Shown here piece after piece: positions 61,615 to 64,000 of a stretch of DNA of 64,000 bases; the first letter of the stretch is position 1, and each line of letters opens with the position of its first letter. The notes beneath the pieces are model-generated. The model saw nothing but the letters and a program-made list of their open reading frames with translations, had not been told where the DNA came from and made no database searches. The position numbers and the translations under genes are program-made. The stretch comes from Oscillospiraceae bacterium (GTDB taxonomy: Bacteria; Bacillota; Clostridia; Oscillospirales; CAG-272): the NCBI GenBank assembly GCA_015063325.1, contig SVUK01000004.1, forward strand, positions 148,665 to 212,664, read 5' to 3'.

Positions 61615-64000
61615 TCAAATGTGGATTTGCGGTTGGTTTGCGGTGGGTTGAGGAATATAGAGGGGAGAAGCCTGCTTTTCGGCAGATTCCGTTTGCCCAA
61701 CCGGATTTTCGGTGGGGAGGAGTGCGTTTTCAAGAACCTCCGCCGCGGTGCGGCAAAAGATGAATTGCAGATTTTCACGTGCAAGGGAGTCGATTTCTTC
61801 CAAATCGCGGCGGTTTTCCTCGGGAACGAGGACTGTTTTTGCGCCGGCAGTAAACGCCGCCATCGTCTTCTCTTTCAACCCGCCGATGGGAAGGACTTTT
61901 CCGCGCAGACTGATCTCGCCGGTCATGGCAATGTCGCGGCGAACGGCGCGACCGGTCAGTGCGCTGACCAAAGCCGTCACCATCGTCACCCCTGCCGAAG
62001 GACCGTCCTTTGGAACGGCGCCTTCGGGAAAGTGAATGTGAATATCCTTCGTTTTATAAAAATCAGCAGGAATCCCGTAGGAGGCGGCGATGGAGCGGAC
62101 ATAGCTGACGGCAATGTGTGCCGATTCTTTCATCACGTCGCCGAGCGAGCCGGTCGTCTCAATCTTTCCGGTACCTTCCAGCACGGCAACTTCCACACGG
62201 AGCAGGGTACCGCCCAGTTCGGTGTAGGCAAGCCCGTTGACAACGCCGACCTCGTCAAGCTCTTCAATCGCCTCGGGCAAAACTTTTCGAACGCCGAGAT
62301 AGGGAATAAGATCGGTCTCGGTCAGAGCGAGAACGCCTTTTTTACCTTCCACAATGCGGCGGTCAACTTTGCGGCAAACGGATGCAATCGTGCGCTCCAG
62401 CTGGCGAACGCCGGCTTCCCGGGTGTAGTAGTCGATCATTTCGTAGATCGCGCCGTCCGAAAATTTGAGCTGCCGGCGCGAGAGCCCGTGGCGTTTCAGT
62501 TGCTTGGGGATCAGGTGATCCTTTGCGATCTCCAGCTTTTCGCGCCGGGAGTAAATGCCAAGTTCAATGATCTCCATACGGTCGCGCAACGGGCGCGGAA
62601 TGTTGTCCAAACTGTTCGCCGTAGCGATAAACATACAATCCGAAAGATCGAACGGCAGTTCCACAAAATGGTCGCGGAAGGTGCAGTTTTGTTCACCGTC
62701 CAAAACTTCAAGCAACGCCGAGGTCGGGTCGCCGTGCGCGTCATGCGTCAGCTTGTCGATCTCGTCTAAAAGGATCAGAGGATTGCGAACGCCTGCGCGC
62801 GTAATTGCGGTAATGATCCGTCCCGGCATAGCGCCGATATAGGTTTTGCGGTGACCGCGGATATCGGCTTCGTCCCGAATGCCGCCAAGAGAAATGCGCA
62901 CATATTTGCGGTTCATGGCGCGTGCAATCGAAGAGGCAATCGAGGTTTTGCCAACGCCGGGAGGGCCGACGAGACAAAGAATCTGATTTTTCAAATCCGG
63001 ACTGACCTGCTTTGCGGCAATGTATTCCACAATGCGTTCTTTCACCTTTTCCAGCCCGTTGTGATCCTCGTCCAGCACCTTTTTCACCGTTTTGGCATTT
63101 GTGCGGTCTTTGGATTCTTTCGTCCACGGAATGTCAAGGCAAATGTCCAAATAGTTGACCAAAACAGTCGATTCGGCGGAACCGTAGGGCGTTTTGTCCA
63201 AACGGTCCACTTCCTTGAGCAATTTTTCTTCCACCTCTTTGGGCAGTTTTGCGTCGGCAATTTTACCTTTGTAGTCGTCAATGTCCGATCCGCCCTCGCC
63301 CAGCTCTTCCTCAATCACCTTGATCTGCTCGCGCAGGTAGTATTCGCGCTGGTTGCGGTTCATGCGCTTGGAAACGCGGCTGCGAATGGTCGCCTCGGTC
63401 TCCATCAGCTCGGATTCCTGCTGCAGAATCATTAAAAGAACTTCGGTGCGCGCAAAAGGATCAAAGCATTCCAAAACGGTTTGTTTGTCCTGCGGACGGA
63501 CTAAAATATTCGCGGCAATAAAATCGGCAAGCGCGCCGGGGTCGGTATAAAGCCGAGCGGCGTTCAGAATGTCGGAAGAGCCGGCAGGCAGAAAGCGGAG
63601 ATTTTTCTCCAGCTCGCGTAAAAGCTCGGTTTTGCAGGCTTCGCCGCGAATACCGCCTTCGTCGGGCAGGGTAACGGCTTTGCAAACCAGATCGGCTTCA
63701 ATATATCCCTCCGCTTTTCTGTATTCCGAAACAATCGCGCGTGTAAATCCTTCAAAGATCACGCGCGAAGAACCGTCCGGCGTGCGAAGAAATTGTTTGA
63801 TCTTTGCAACGGTCCCCACGCGGTAGAGCTGTCCGATCTCGGGTGCGCGTCCGGTGGGGATCGGCTCGGAAACGCCGGTCAAAAACACGAAGGGACTGGT
63901 GCCGCTCGCCCGGCGCACAGCGGTGTCCGAGCTGTCGTCCCCAAGCTCTAAATTGAGGGGGACAGATGGAAATGCAATGGCGCCGCGCAGGGTAACGACC
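61615..64000 (-). CDS. lon: ATP-dependent Lon protease (5'-partial; continues past the window end)
   Basis: Walker A LVGPPGVGKTS, catalytic-Ser motif PKDGPSAGVTM. The frame stays open upstream of the track start to position 64000 (..VVTLRGAIAFPSVPLNLELGDDSS..), which matches the Lon N-terminal domain. Confidence 0.9.
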   Translation of the reverse strand, partial: VVTLRGAIAFPSVPLNLELGDDSSDTAVRRASGTSPFVFLTGVSEPIPTGRAPEIGQLYRVGTVAKIKQFLRTPDGSSRVIFEGFTRAIVSEYRKAEGYIEADLVCKAVTLPDEGGIRGEACKTELLRELEKNLRFLPAGSSDILNAARLYTDPGALADFIAANILVRPQDKQTVLECFDPFARTEVLLMILQQESELMETEATIRSRVSKRMNRNQREYYLREQIKVIEEELGEGGSDIDDYKGKIADAKLPKEVEEKLLKEVDRLDKTPYGSAESTVLVNYLDICLDIPWTKESKDRTNAKTVKKVLDEDHNGLEKVKERIVEYIAAKQVSPDLKNQILCLVGPPGVGKTSIASSIARAMNRKYVRISLGGIRDEADIRGHRKTYIGAMPGRIITAITRAGVRNPLILLDEIDKLTHDAHGDPTSALLEVLDGEQNCTFRDHFVELPFDLSDCMFIATANSLDNIPRPLRDRMEIIELGIYSRREKLEIAKDHLIPKQLKRHGLSRRQLKFSDGAIYEMIDYYTREAGVRQLERTIASVCRKVDRRIVEGKKGVLALTETDLIPYLGVRKVLPEAIEELDEVGVVNGLAYTELGGTLLRVEVAVLEGTGKIETTGSLGDVMKESAHIAVSYVRSIAASYGIPADFYKTKDIHIHFPEGAVPKDGPSAGVTMVTALVSALTGRAVRRDIAMTGEISLRGKVLPIGGLKEKTMAAFTAGAKTVLVPEENRRDLEEIDSLARENLQFIFCRTAAEVLENALLPTENPVGQTESAEKQASPLYIPQPTANQPQIHI

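Overview
The window looks like the chromosome of a spore-forming Firmicute of Clostridia type. Supporting genes are spo0A, ytfJ/ytfI, scpAB, engB-lon and nrdDG, and the core has clear TTGACA/TATAAT promoters. Positions 1-27 kb are accessory DNA. They hold two separate mobilisable islands, separated by pfkA and a DUF3592 gene. Each island has a large serine recombinase, a MobV/Pre-type relaxase or relaxase-like gene, and visibly AT-richer defence cargo. Island 1 (about 0.34-12.9 kb, beside tRNA-Glu) carries a MobV relaxase with a recognisable oriT and an ~0.8-kb non-coding stretch with a strong promoter. Its cargo is an AbiH-like gene with an unknown partner, a complete Type III R-M (mod/res), a membrane-anchored unknown protein translationally coupled to mod, and an AAA/DUF4143 ATPase. 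An XRE regulator and the recombinase complete it. Island 2 (15581-26921) is bounded by 46-bp direct repeats that duplicate the terminator of tRNA-Ser. It carries a small HTH gene, a BcgI-like Type IIB R-M pair and a Gabija-like OLD-nuclease/UvrD-helicase pair, all in one tight operon. It also has a sigma-region-4 HTH protein, a catalytically degenerate Mob/Pre homologue, and a recombinase whose ORF reads into the tRNA. Positions 27-64 kb are ordinary core genes: ABC exporters, zapA, a U32 peptidase, DUF1538 with two PII-like genes, glcK, trxB-nrdD-nrdG with NrdR boxes, a MarR regulator with a heterodimeric ABC exporter, zupT, ftsK, an LRR lipoprotein, spo0A, rluB, a DD-carboxypeptidase, ytfJ/ytfI, scpBA, an M50 protease, engB and lon (5'-partial at the window edge). 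I saw no rRNA, CRISPR array or IS transposase. All calls come from reading translated motifs and nucleotide patterns by eye; no searches or computations were run. Coordinates of non-CDS features were anchored to ORF-track reading frames and should be good to about +-2 nt.
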